Assembly (NCBI GenBank): GCA_965279375.1
Contig: OZ257156.1
Coordinates: 2,976,001-3,040,000 of the forward strand
Length of the DNA stretch: 64,000 nt
Origin: Gemmatimonas sp.
Lineage (GTDB): Bacteria > Gemmatimonadota > Gemmatimonadetes > Gemmatimonadales > Gemmatimonadaceae
Direction of reading: 5' to 3'
In this document: piece by piece, positions 1-9,665 of the stretch
Position numbering within the stretch: the first letter of the stretch is position 1
How the letters are laid out: every line of letters begins with the position of its first letter
The notes under the pieces: model-generated
The model's database searches: none
What the model saw: only the letters and a program-made list of their open reading frames with translations
What the model was told of the DNA's origin: nothing
Translations under genes and position numbers: made by a program

Positions 1-2
1 TC

Positions 3-527
3 ACGGCGGCGCTGGCGGTCAGCGGCTGCGCTCTCCATAAATCGCCCAAGCTTCCGGCGCCGATACCGCCCCTCAAGGGCACGCCGCAGGTCGCCTTCGC
101 GCTGCGCTACGTCGATATCGCGACCGGAACCGGTGCCGAAGCGGCGCCACGCAAGTGCATCTTTGCGCACTACACGGGTTGGACGACGGACGGCAAAAAG
201 TTTGACTCGTCGCGTGACACGATGCCCAACGGTCGGGAGAAAACGCCGATCGCGTTCGCGCAGGGCGCGCGCGGGGTCATCGCCGGCTGGGATACCGGTT
301 TCGACGGGATGCGCGTGGGCGCGCGCCGACGGCTGTTCATTCCGTATCAGCTCGGATACGGCGCGCCGGGCCGCCCGCCCGTGATTCCGCCCAAGGCAGA
401 ATTGATATTCGATGTGGAACTGATGGCCGTCGCCGACACGTTGCCTCGCACGGAGCCACCGGTGCGTGGGCAGCCGGCAACACCGGCGCGATGCCCGACC
501 TGGGCGACCGTCAGCGGCGGAAAGTGA
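3..527 (+). CDS. FKBP-type peptidyl-prolyl cis-trans isomerase, probable lipoprotein (5' end outside window)
   Basis: The frame is open from base 3: ...AVSGC (lipobox-like), HYTGWTTDGKKFDSS, VIAGWDTGFDGMRVGARRRLFIPYQLGYG, IPPKAELIFDVEL. These are FKBP signature motifs. Confidence 0.92.
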   Translation, partial: TAALAVSGCALHKSPKLPAPIPPLKGTPQVAFALRYVDIATGTGAEAAPRKCIFAHYTGWTTDGKKFDSSRDTMPNGREKTPIAFAQGARGVIAGWDTGFDGMRVGARRRLFIPYQLGYGAPGRPPVIPPKAELIFDVELMAVADTLPRTEPPVRGQPATPARCPTWATVSGGK

Positions 528-598
528 CGCGCCACGCGTCTCGATCCTTTGTCATGACAAGGGGTAGGCGACAGTGGACTCTTGAACTGGAGACTCGC

Positions 599-1357
599 AT
601 GATCGGAATGATGGCGTGGCAGGATCGGTCCGCCCGTCTGAGGCACTGCCTCCGGCTGCTCGTCGTGCTGCTCGCCGCGGTGTTCGTCCGGCCATCGACG
701 GCGAGTGCGCAGGGGATGCCGCTCATCGGCTTCGTGCGCGATGAACTCGGCCAGCCGATCGAGGGCGTCGAGATCCTCCTCGGCAGTCTCGAGGTCCGCG
801 CACGCACCGACGAGTACGGTCGCTTTCGCATCTTCCCGTTGCCGCAGGGACTGACATACGTCGCGGCGCGGCGCGTCGGATTTCTCCCGGTGGCTGACCT
901 CGTGCGCATCACCCCGACGGACACGATCGAATTCATGATGGATCGCATCGGACAGCGGATGGATACCGTCCGCGTGGTCTCCCGCGCGGAAGCCGCCTGG
1001 GAGCGCGATCTGCGGCGCTACGAGTGGGCAACCGCAGCGGCGCGGAGCGGCTGGGTGCTGACCGATCGTGATATCGCCAAACGCGGCCCCGTATGGACGT
1101 CTGATCTGCTGATGGGGCGTCCCGGCTTTCAGGTCGTCGGCAACGGTGGACAGGCGCGTGTGATTGGCACACGAGGGCGTTGCACGCCGCTGCTGATCGT
1201 GGATGGACAGCCGCTGGTTGGCTTTGTGCTGAATGACATCGCCCCCTCCACGATCAAGGCGATGATCACCTACAACAGCGCAGCTTCACTGCCCATCGAA
1301 ATGCAGACCATGCGCGGCAATCTGAGTTGCGGCGTGATCGCGATCATCTCGCAGTAG
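599..1357 (+). CDS. Secreted protein with carboxypeptidase-regulatory-like domain and TonB plug-like domain, no beta-barrel
   Basis: GGAG RBS before ATG599, signal peptide, G.VRDELGQPIEGVEI...RTDEYGRF (CarboxypepD_reg-like), and C-terminal CTPLLIVDG...CGVIAI (plug-like). Confidence 0.7.
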   Translation: MIGMMAWQDRSARLRHCLRLLVVLLAAVFVRPSTASAQGMPLIGFVRDELGQPIEGVEILLGSLEVRARTDEYGRFRIFPLPQGLTYVAARRVGFLPVADLVRITPTDTIEFMMDRIGQRMDTVRVVSRAEAAWERDLRRYEWATAAARSGWVLTDRDIAKRGPVWTSDLLMGRPGFQVVGNGGQARVIGTRGRCTPLLIVDGQPLVGFVLNDIAPSTIKAMITYNSAASLPIEMQTMRGNLSCGVIAIISQ

Positions 1358-1383
1358 GAGGCTGACGCGCCGGAGAGGCGCAG

Positions 1384-1593
1384 CTATTTCTTCGCGAGAT
1401 ACGCCGCGACGAGCGCGTTGGCGTGTCCGTGACCCATCGCGTGCGTGGTCTTCAGTAGCGCCACCAGTTCCATGTGCTTGAGCGGGCCCGCCTTCTGCAG
1501 GATCGTCATCCAGTGCTCGATCGGCTCTCCGTACTTCTTCTCGATCGACGGAAAGTACGATGCGGGGCCCTGCACTTTGACTGGCTTGTCCAT
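1384..1593 (-). CDS. DUF4287 family small protein
   Basis: GPASYFPSIEKKYG...HMELVALLKTTHAMGHGHANALV is typical of DUF4287. Confidence 0.85.
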   Translation of the reverse strand: MDKPVKVQGPASYFPSIEKKYGEPIEHWMTILQKAGPLKHMELVALLKTTHAMGHGHANALVAAYLAKK

Positions 1594-1642
1594 GAAATGG
1601 TCTCGAAGCGATGAAGAGGTAGTGGGGGAGCGAGTCTGTCGC

Positions 1643-2569
1643 TCAACGTCCGTCGACCAGCCACTCCCACACGATGCGTGAGCAGTCCGCGATCAACGCC
1701 GCGGCGACCTTCTCGTCCGTGATGCCGCGCGTCAGCACCGCGAGTACGTAGGGAGACTTCCCCGCGGGATACACGATGCCGGCGTCGTGCAACGTCGCGG
1801 TGATGGATCCCGTTTTGTGGGCCACGCGCGTGCCGCGCGGCAGGCCGGCGGGAATTTCGTCGTTGAACGCCTGCGCCTCAAGAATCGCCAGCATCTCGCG
1901 CGTGCTGGCCGCGTTGGCGACTTGGCCGGTCTGCAGCGCGCTGAAGAGCGCGACCAGATCGTTGGCCGTGGTCGTGTTGTTGAGCCCTGCCCGAAACGCG
2001 ACGTTGTCCTCCACACCGCGCCGCACCATCAGGCGGGTTGCGCCCAAGCCGCGCGTGAGCTCCGTGACTTTCACCGGGTCGAGCAGTGCGATCAGCGCAT
2101 TCGTGGCAAGGTTGCTCGAGTGCGTGATCATGCGTGTGGCCAGATCGCGCAGCGGGACTTCGGTGCCGACCAGCGCGTACACACTGCTGTCGCTGTCGTC
2201 GCTGGCGCTGAGCGTGTAGGCCGAGCTGTCTACGATCGACTTGAACGCATTGACGAGTCGCAACGTCTGATTCGCCTTGAGCGCCCCCGATTCGATGTTC
2301 CGATACAGCGCGAAGAGCACGGGGACTTTCATCGTGCTCGCCGCGTGAAAGACCGTGTCCCCCGCGATGTCCATCCGACGAGATGTGCCAAGATCGCGTA
2401 CGGACAGTCCCACCTGTGCGCCCGGCACCTGCGCGATGCGTGTGAGCAAGCGCGCGCGAACGACGTCTGCACTCGGTCCGGGTTGCGCCGAAAGAGAGCC
2501 GCCAGCGAGTACCGTCCCGGCCAGCACGCTGCTTGCGAGCGCGACGCGACGCAGAGCCACGTGATGCAT
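1643..2569 (-). CDS. Class A beta-lactamase-like serine hydrolase, secreted (start could be 2683 or 2689)
   Basis: AASTMK (SxxK), HSSN (SxN) and HKTG motifs, plus an N-terminal signal peptide. Confidence 0.88.
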   Translation of the reverse strand: MHHVALRRVALASSVLAGTVLAGGSLSAQPGPSADVVRARLLTRIAQVPGAQVGLSVRDLGTSRRMDIAGDTVFHAASTMKVPVLFALYRNIESGALKANQTLRLVNAFKSIVDSSAYTLSASDDSDSSVYALVGTEVPLRDLATRMITHSSNLATNALIALLDPVKVTELTRGLGATRLMVRRGVEDNVAFRAGLNNTTTANDLVALFSALQTGQVANAASTREMLAILEAQAFNDEIPAGLPRGTRVAHKTGSITATLHDAGIVYPAGKSPYVLAVLTRGITDEKVAAALIADCSRIVWEWLVDGR

Positions 2570-2787
2570 CGCGACACGGCGAGTCGGTTCGGGCAGGCCC
2601 GCGGCACGAGGAGGCGTGGCACTCGATCGACTCAGACGAGCGAACACCGCACCGACCGGGCGCAGCAGGGGGCGCAAGGACATTCTCATGCGGCACATTC
2701 TGGATGCTGCAATCCACCAACGCAACGAGGGGCGATCATTCGATCGCCCCTCTGAAGACTTTCGCGCGGCGCGGTGAGCGCTGTGAC

Positions 2788-3456
2788 TCAGGCGCGACGA
2801 CGGCGCATCATCACGCCGAGCAGCCCGACGCCAGCACCCATCAGAACGAACGACGAGGGCTCCGGTACCGTGGAGGTGTTGATGCCCGTGCCCACCACAC
2901 TCACGTTGTCCAGGAAATCGCCATAGCTGGTCTGGTTGCCGCGCGAACGGAACTCGAGCATGGTGCTGGTGCCCGTCGCGACGAACAGCTGCGAGAAGTC
3001 CGTCCACTGATACGGCGCGGTGATCTGGCCGGTGGACATCAGGAAGTTGTTGTTCACGTACACGTCGATCTGGCTGTAGCCGTTGCGATCACGCGGGCGA
3101 TGCGCGGCCCAGAAGTCGAGCGCGTACTCGGCGCCAACCGTCGTGGTGAGCGACTGCTGAATGGACGTGGAGCTGTTCACCTGCAGTTCCAGATGGCTGT
3201 TGCCGTCTTGCGCGGCGAACCCGTTGAACGAGTTGGTCCAGCGCTCGAACGTGCCCGAGCTGGAATTCCCGAGTGACGTCCACGAGGTCACGTTGGCGTT
3301 CGGGTAGTCCGCGCCATTGCGAAGCGGCGTACCCAGCTCGAAGCTGCAGTTCTGAACCAGGTTGTTCGCCATGGTGCGGCAGGACTGCGCGGAGGCGACA
3401 GCGGGGGCGGCGAGCAGGGCAGAGACAGAGGCGGCGAACGCGAGGCGGCGAAGCAT
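2788..3456 (-). CDS. PEP-CTERM sorting-domain protein with carbohydrate-binding-like (DUF642-like) domain
   Basis: Signal peptide, NLVQNCSFE...LDNVSV jelly-roll-like motif, and C-terminal VPEP + hydrophobic helix + RRRRA. Confidence 0.93.
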   Translation of the reverse strand: MLRRLAFAASVSALLAAPAVASAQSCRTMANNLVQNCSFELGTPLRNGADYPNANVTSWTSLGNSSSGTFERWTNSFNGFAAQDGNSHLELQVNSSTSIQQSLTTTVGAEYALDFWAAHRPRDRNGYSQIDVYVNNNFLMSTGQITAPYQWTDFSQLFVATGTSTMLEFRSRGNQTSYGDFLDNVSVVGTGINTSTVPEPSSFVLMGAGVGLLGVMMRRRRA

Positions 3457-3491
3457 TGATTGAATCCCGTTTGGAAGTTGCCACGCTGTAA

Positions 3492-3507
3492 TGCAACGAT
3501 GATGCCA
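3492..3507 (-). promoter_or_regulatory. sigma54 (-24/-12) promoter of the PEP-CTERM gene
   Basis: The minus strand reads TGGCATC-ATCG-TTGCA against consensus TGGCACG-N4-TTGCW, with exact GG-N10-GC spacing, about 35 bp upstream of the ATG. Confidence 0.8.
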
Positions 3508-3545
3508 AACTCAGCCTTACGTGTGGTTTCGCCTAAACCGTTATC

Positions 3546-3558
3546 TGGCAACGTCTTA
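3546..3558. promoter_or_regulatory. IHF-like binding site upstream of the sigma54 promoter
   Basis: TGGCAACGTCTTA partly matches WATCAANNNNTTR and lies about 40 bp upstream of the -24 box in an AT-richer patch. Confidence 0.4.
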
Positions 3559-3786
3559 AGGGTAGAGGCGGTCGCGGGACGTCGTTCAGCCAAACGCGCC
3601 CGGATGAGAGACTGTCGCGTCGGCGCTACTCGCGTTGTGGCGCTACGCTCCACGCTCGGAATGGTCACAAGCGGCGCTCTGGGGACGAGTCGCTGCAGGG
3701 GTCAAGGATCCGCACGCGTAGCGAAACCGAACGCTGTCGTACCATCGTAAGGTCGGCATGACTCAACGCCTTGTACGGAGCCCGTC

Positions 3787-4530
3787 GTGACTGCGAACCG
3801 CCGCTATCAGGAGCAGGAAATCGCCCTCATCCTCGAGCAGGCGGGCGCTGCGCAGGAGCGGGCGCAGGAGAAGGGCGCCATTGCGTTGCCGGCCGCGGAC
3901 TCACATGGCCTGACGTTGCAGCAGCTGCAGGAAATCGGCGCCGAGGTTGGGATATCCCCCGAGTACGTCGAGCGCGCCGCACGGGCCGTGGATCGCGGTG
4001 ACCTCGTTCCCACCCAACGTCGGACCTGGCTTGGGCTGCCGGTGGGCGTGGCGCGGACGATCGATTTCGGGCGCAACGTCTCCGATGCGGAATGGGATCG
4101 CATCGTGGTGACGCTACGTGAGACCTTCGAGGCGCGGGGGCGATTACAGCGCGACGGTTCCTTCCGTCAGTGGACCAACGGAAACCTGCAGGCGTTGCTC
4201 GAGCCGACGCCCTCCGGGCACCGCTTGCGGCTCAGCACCCGAAAGGGGGACGCCACCGCGATGGTGGCCATGGGCGTCTCCCTGATCGCCGGCGCCGCGC
4301 TGATCGCGGCGGCGGCCGTGTTGCGGACCGACGAGCTCACGGCGCGAATTCTCCTCGCGCCTGTCGTGATGGGAATCGGCGGGGTGCTCAGCCTCCTCTC
4401 AGTCGGTGTGCAGCTCCCCCGCTGGGCCCGGACACGTGCGGCGCAGATGGAAAGCATCGCCGCGCGCACGCTCGAGGAACCGGCCGGCCTTCCCGGCAAC
4501 ATCACACCCGCGCTGCCGGACGCGCGCTGA
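3787..4530 (+). CDS. Hypothetical membrane protein with two C-terminal TM helices
   Basis: GTG start with GGAG RBS, N-terminal RRYQEQEIALIL...LTLQQLQEIGAEVGI, and two hydrophobic segments near the C-terminus. Confidence 0.7.
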   Translation: MTANRRYQEQEIALILEQAGAAQERAQEKGAIALPAADSHGLTLQQLQEIGAEVGISPEYVERAARAVDRGDLVPTQRRTWLGLPVGVARTIDFGRNVSDAEWDRIVVTLRETFEARGRLQRDGSFRQWTNGNLQALLEPTPSGHRLRLSTRKGDATAMVAMGVSLIAGAALIAAAAVLRTDELTARILLAPVVMGIGGVLSLLSVGVQLPRWARTRAAQMESIAARTLEEPAGLPGNITPALPDAR

Positions 4531-4579
4531 CCTCATATGCTCGGCGCACTCCATCGCGTGCGCCGTGCGTGCGCGATGA

Positions 4580-6355
4580 CTACTTCTTGACGCGCCGCAC
4601 AACTTCAACGGCCTGAATGCCATCGCCTTCCTCGATGCGATCGATCAGCGACAGTCCGCTGGTGATGCGCGCGAACACCGTGTAATCGTGATCGAGGCGG
4701 AAGTTGTCCACGAGGTTGATGAAGAGCTGACCGTCGCCCGTGTCACGACCGCGCGTGGAAATGCCGAGCGTGCCGCGCTTGTGTGAACGCAGCCCGACCT
4801 CGTCGCGCATGAATCCCGACGAGATGCCATCATATTCGTCCGCGCCCGGCGAGCCACCCTGCACGACGAAATTCGGCACGATGCGATGCAGCGTTAGGCC
4901 GGTGAACTTGCCGGAGTCGGCGAGCTGCACCAGCGTCGCGACGGTCAGCGGTGCTTCGTCCGGGAAGAGCTCCATCGTGATCGTCCCCAGCCCGCGAAAG
5001 CGGATCTTGAGCATTGCCCCGTCCAGTCCGGCCAGAAACGCCTCGCTGGGGAGCGGCTCGATCGGATAATCCGCCACTGCGGGCACGACAATCGGCGATC
5101 CCGCCTCGCGCAGCCGCTCCGCGATCGCCACCAACGGGTCACGCTGAGTCGAGCGCTTCTGTGCCAGCAGACGGTCCGCCGTCGCGCGCAGTGGTGCGAC
5201 GGCGCGCGGCAGATCGGTGGAGCCCTTGAGCTGCGCCGCGGCCGCCAGTAGAAGCCCGGCGTGATCGCTGCTGAGTGCGCGCAGCGCGTCGTCGGTGTTG
5301 GACATCGCAGCGATGGCGACGTTGGGGGCATTGTCGCGAGCCAGCGCGGCAAGCGTGGCGCTGTCGTGGAGCAGCTTGGCTGCGGTGGCGGCGTAGACAC
5401 GTTCCTGCCAGGTGCGCGACGTCGCCGAGGCCGCGAGCGCGGGCTGGGCGAGTGCCGGTGCAATCCGGGCCAATGCGACGAGCGCATGCGCGCGCATGCG
5501 CCACGTGGTGCCGTCGCTCATGACCATCTGCAGCGTGGATGCGTACGTGTTCGCGTCGCAGGACTTCTCGCCGATCAGGTCGATCGCGGCCAGCGCAACA
5601 TGCTCGCTGCCGTCGCGAAGCGAGGCGAGCGCCCGTTCGCAGGTGCCGGCGACGCGCAGTGCCTGATAGCGCACGAAAGGCGACGGATCGTCGAGCCACT
5701 GTCGTGTGGCGGCGACGGCCAGCCGTCGCACCTGCGCGCTGGAGTCGCGCAACGCGAGTGCCATCGTGCTCGAGTCGCGATCGCCGGCGGCGGTGAGCGC
5801 CAACAGTACGAGCTGGCGCATCTCCTCGCCGCGGTTGGCGCGGAAGGCCTGCCGCAGCGCTTGCACCGTGCTCGCGGTCGGCTTGTTGCTCCGCGCGGTG
5901 CGACGCAGTAGCGACTCGAGTCCGCGGGCCGCCCCCAGCCGCTCTGTGGCATCGCGTGCGGCGGCGCCCAGATGTGTGGCCAGCGTCTGCTCCACTGAGC
6001 CCGTGGCCGCACTGCTGCGCCCCATGGTGGAGAGCAGCATTGCGCGCACGTCGCTGCGCAGCTCCTTGCTGAGCGGGGCCACGAAGTCGAACGGGGCCTT
6101 CATCTGCCCGAGCGCGTTGATCGCTTCGAGCCGCACTTGCGGGCTCTTGTCCGTCACGAAGGGAACAACGCTATCCCGCAGTGCTGGTCGCTCGAAGCGA
6201 CCGATCGCACGGACGGCGCGCGCACGCAACGTCTGATCACTCCCACGCGCGGCGCGCATGAGCACGGAGATGTCGGCACCGCGAGCATGCTCCGCCTCCA
6301 GCACCTGACGGGGCGACGGCGTCTGAACCACGAGGGACAGCATCAGCAACCACAT
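4580..6355 (-). CDS. HEAT-repeat protein fused to a cyclophilin-type peptidylprolyl isomerase
   Basis: Repeated VR..A..ALG HEAT units, and C-terminal LHRIVPNFVVQGG, RDTGDGQLFINL, YTVFARI. Confidence 0.88.
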   Translation of the reverse strand: MWLLMLSLVVQTPSPRQVLEAEHARGADISVLMRAARGSDQTLRARAVRAIGRFERPALRDSVVPFVTDKSPQVRLEAINALGQMKAPFDFVAPLSKELRSDVRAMLLSTMGRSSAATGSVEQTLATHLGAAARDATERLGAARGLESLLRRTARSNKPTASTVQALRQAFRANRGEEMRQLVLLALTAAGDRDSSTMALALRDSSAQVRRLAVAATRQWLDDPSPFVRYQALRVAGTCERALASLRDGSEHVALAAIDLIGEKSCDANTYASTLQMVMSDGTTWRMRAHALVALARIAPALAQPALAASATSRTWQERVYAATAAKLLHDSATLAALARDNAPNVAIAAMSNTDDALRALSSDHAGLLLAAAAQLKGSTDLPRAVAPLRATADRLLAQKRSTQRDPLVAIAERLREAGSPIVVPAVADYPIEPLPSEAFLAGLDGAMLKIRFRGLGTITMELFPDEAPLTVATLVQLADSGKFTGLTLHRIVPNFVVQGGSPGADEYDGISSGFMRDEVGLRSHKRGTLGISTRGRDTGDGQLFINLVDNFRLDHDYTVFARITSGLSLIDRIEEGDGIQAVEVVRRVKK

Positions 6356-6486
6356 CGGCAGCTCGGCGGTGAAGGGAACGGGCGCCTGCGGACGCCACGG
6401 TGGGAGAATATGCCTCCGCGACGGTGCGCCATTCCAGAGACGGTCCCGCGTGTTGCCGCTTCGTCCCCCGAACCGGATATTCGGGC

Positions 6487-9400
6487 ATGCGACCCTTTTC
6501 GACCGAACGCTTCCTCGGATACAGCGTGCTGCGCGCGGCGGCCCCTCTGGGCCTGCTGCTGAGCGCCTCCGCCCCCACGGCCACGCGCGATGTGCATGCC
6601 TACACGGGCGCAGCGGCAGCCACCGGCCGCCCGCTCGCCGCTGCGGCGGACAGCCTGCACTACGGCACTGGGACCTGGGAGCCAGACTCGCTGGGCAATC
6701 ATCGCGCGGTACTGCGCGTGGCGTCCGCGAGTGAGGCCGTCTACGTGCGGATCTCCTGGCGGCGGCGCGATGGCTCGCCCGAGCAGGTGGATGCGATCGT
6801 CATGAACGCGCAAACGGGAGCGCGAGTGCGCAACGTCGCGCGCGTGGCGATCAATCGCGAGTTCGGTGACTTTGTTTTCGAGGCCGCCGCGGCAGGCGCG
6901 TACTACGTGTACTACATGCCGTACACGGGCACCTTCAAGTCCAACTACCCGAAGATCACCTACCGCACGCCGATGGCGACGGCCGACGTGGCTTGGGCCG
7001 CTCGACACGCGTCTGCGGAGTCCATTCGCGCGGAGTCGCTGCGCGCGCTGCCCGCCGCCGTGGTGACCGGTTTCGATGCGGTGAATGAGTTTTCGCGCTT
7101 CACGCCGATGGAGTACATCGCCACGGCCGCGGAGCGCGCGGCGCTGATTGCGAAGCACCCAACGGCGGGCTACCTCGCGTTTCCTGAGGATCGCTCGCGC
7201 TCCATCCGCATGACGCACGACATTCCACAGCTCTGGGCGGAGCGTGGCGCGTTCGTGCCGTTCTCGGGCAAGGCGGAGCGCGGCGAGTCATACAGCTTCC
7301 AGATTGGCGTGTGGGCACATCGCGGGGCGCTCGATTCGGTGCGCTATCGTGCGAGCGACTTTGTGCGAGCTGGTGGAGGTCGCATCGCGGCGTCGGCGCT
7401 GACCGCGTACAACCTTGAAGGGGTGGACTGGTCGGGGGCGCGCTTTGTGCGCGCGTTGCACGTGGATGCGGGAGCGGTGCAGCCGTTGTGGTTCGGGCTG
7501 AACGTGCCGGAGACAGCAACCGCCGGTACATACACGGGACGCATCACGCTGTCCGTTGCGCATCAGCCCGATCGCGAGATCCCCGTCAGCATCACCGTGT
7601 TGCCCACGCGCGCCATCGCGCACGGCGACGACGCGCCGGAGAATCTCACACGACTGCGCTGGCTCAATTCGCGCATGGCCGCCGATGACGAGCTTGTGAA
7701 GCCCTACACGGCGCTGCGTGTGGCGCGCAGTGCGAAGGGTACGACGATTTCGCTGCTCGGTCGCGCGATGACGGTGGGCGGCAATGGCTTCCCAACGCAG
7801 GTGCGATCGTTCTTCACCGATGGCAACACGCGCATCGGTTCGAGCGCGCAGGAAGTTCTCGCGGCGCCCATCGCCCTTGTCGTGAACGATTCCGCTGGAC
7901 ACACAATGTCGTTCAGCGGCGCGGCAGCGCGCATCATGTCGCAATCGCCCGGCGCGGTGACGTGGCGTGCCGAACATCGTGCCGGTCCGATGGGCATGGC
8001 GCTGGCGGCGAAGATGGAATTCGAAGGCACGACCGAGTATCGCGTGACGCTGCGTGCGACCAAGCGCACGACGCTCTCGGATGTGCGCATCGAAGTGCCG
8101 CTCCGCAGCGAGGCGGCGCGCTACATGATGGGGCTGGGGCAGAAGGGAGGGCTCCGGCCGAGCGAGTTCCACTGGAAATGGGACGTCACCAAGAAGAACC
8201 AGGACGCCGTGTGGCTGGGGGGCGTGAGTGCGGGCATGCAACTCACGCTCAAGGACGACGCCTACGTCCGGCCGCTCAACACCAACTTTTACCTGAGCAA
8301 GCCCCTCGTCGAGCCACGCTCGTGGGCCAATGGCGGCAAGGGTGGCTGCGATATCGTCGAGCGCAACAACGCGGTGCGGTTGTCGTGCTATAGCGGCGCG
8401 CGCGTCATGGAAGCGGGGGATTCGCTGCGCTTCGATTTCCGGTTGATGCTGACACCGTTCAAGCCACTCGATACAGCCGGGCAGTGGGAGACGAGATTCT
8501 TTCACGCGTTCGTGCCGGTGGACTCCATCGTGAAGCGCTCCGCCAATACGGTCAATGTGCATCACGCCAACCGCGTGAATCCGTGGATCAACTATCCGTT
8601 CATCGAGACGGCGGCGATGCGCTCATACATCGACTCGACGCACGCTCGGGGACTGCGCACGAAGATCTACTACACGGTGCGCGAACTCACGAATCATGCG
8701 CCGGAGATTTTCGCGCTGCGCTCGCTCGGCGACGAAGTTCTGTCGAACGGGCCCGGCGGCGGCTTTTCTTGGCTGCAGGAGCATCTGGGCGGTGACTATC
8801 TCGCGGCGTGGCACGTGCCGACCAACAAGGATGCAGCGGTGGTCAACAGCGGCGTATCGCGCTGGCACAACTTCTACATCGAAGGACTCAACTGGCTGGT
8901 GCAGCACGAGAAGATCGATGGGCTCTATCTCGACGACGTGGCCTTCGATCGGCTGACGATGAAGCGTGTGCGCCGTGTGCTGGATCGAGGCAATCCGCGC
9001 GCGCTGCTCGATCTGCACTCGGCCAACCAGTACAACCCGCGCGATGGCTTTGCGTCGAGCGCCAATCTCTATCTCGAGCACTTCCCGTTCATCAATCGGC
9101 TCTGGTTCGGCGAGTACTTCGACTACGACTCGAAGCCGGACTATTGGTTAGTCGAGATCTCGGGCATCCCGTTCGGTCTGATGGGTGAGATGCTCGAGAA
9201 AGGCGGCAATCCATGGCGCGGCATGACGATGGGGATGACGGCTCGGCTGCCGTGGTCCGGCGATCCAGCGCCGCTCTGGAAACAGTGGGACAGCTTTGGC
9301 ATCCAGCAGAGCCGCATGGCCGGCTGGTGGGGTGATAGTCACCCGGTGACGACGAGCGACGCCAACGTCCTGGCGACGACGTGGGTAAAGCAGGGGACGG

Positions 9401-9606
9401 CCATGGTCTCGCTGGGGTCGTGGTTGGAGACCGACACGCAGGTGCGACTTGCGATCGACTGGAAGGCACTTGGTCTCGATCCTGCTCGAACGCGAGTGCG
9501 CGCACCGGCGATCGATGCGTTTCAGTCGGCGGGCGAGTGGGCGCCAGACGCGCTGATTCCCGTGCCGGCCAAGAAGGGGTTGTTGCTCGTGCTCGAATCA
9601 CGCTGA
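6487..9606 (+). CDS. Large secreted glycoside hydrolase-like protein (DUF6067/GH123-like)
   Basis: Signal peptide, LGNHRAV, VNVHHANRVNPWINYPF, KIYYTVREL and GLYLDD motifs characteristic of this family. Confidence 0.75.
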   Translation: MRPFSTERFLGYSVLRAAAPLGLLLSASAPTATRDVHAYTGAAAATGRPLAAAADSLHYGTGTWEPDSLGNHRAVLRVASASEAVYVRISWRRRDGSPEQVDAIVMNAQTGARVRNVARVAINREFGDFVFEAAAAGAYYVYYMPYTGTFKSNYPKITYRTPMATADVAWAARHASAESIRAESLRALPAAVVTGFDAVNEFSRFTPMEYIATAAERAALIAKHPTAGYLAFPEDRSRSIRMTHDIPQLWAERGAFVPFSGKAERGESYSFQIGVWAHRGALDSVRYRASDFVRAGGGRIAASALTAYNLEGVDWSGARFVRALHVDAGAVQPLWFGLNVPETATAGTYTGRITLSVAHQPDREIPVSITVLPTRAIAHGDDAPENLTRLRWLNSRMAADDELVKPYTALRVARSAKGTTISLLGRAMTVGGNGFPTQVRSFFTDGNTRIGSSAQEVLAAPIALVVNDSAGHTMSFSGAAARIMSQSPGAVTWRAEHRAGPMGMALAAKMEFEGTTEYRVTLRATKRTTLSDVRIEVPLRSEAARYMMGLGQKGGLRPSEFHWKWDVTKKNQDAVWLGGVSAGMQLTLKDDAYVRPLNTNFYLSKPLVEPRSWANGGKGGCDIVERNNAVRLSCYSGARVMEAGDSLRFDFRLMLTPFKPLDTAGQWETRFFHAFVPVDSIVKRSANTVNVHHANRVNPWINYPFIETAAMRSYIDSTHARGLRTKIYYTVRELTNHAPEIFALRSLGDEVLSNGPGGGFSWLQEHLGGDYLAAWHVPTNKDAAVVNSGVSRWHNFYIEGLNWLVQHEKIDGLYLDDVAFDRLTMKRVRRVLDRGNPRALLDLHSANQYNPRDGFASSANLYLEHFPFINRLWFGEYFDYDSKPDYWLVEISGIPFGLMGEMLEKGGNPWRGMTMGMTARLPWSGDPAPLWKQWDSFGIQQSRMAGWWGDSHPVTTSDANVLATTWVKQGTAMVSLGSWLETDTQVRLAIDWKALGLDPARTRVRAPAIDAFQSAGEWAPDALIPVPAKKGLLLVLESR

Positions 9607-9665
9607 TACGCAACGCTGCATCAGACTCGCATCCGATTCGCATCCAATTGCATCCAAGAGGCCCG

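Noticed and set aside
1643..2569. Acquired antibiotic-resistance beta-lactamase
   Set aside because: No mobile context, host-like composition, and SSN rather than SDN. It looks like a chromosomal class A-like serine hydrolase of unproven activity.
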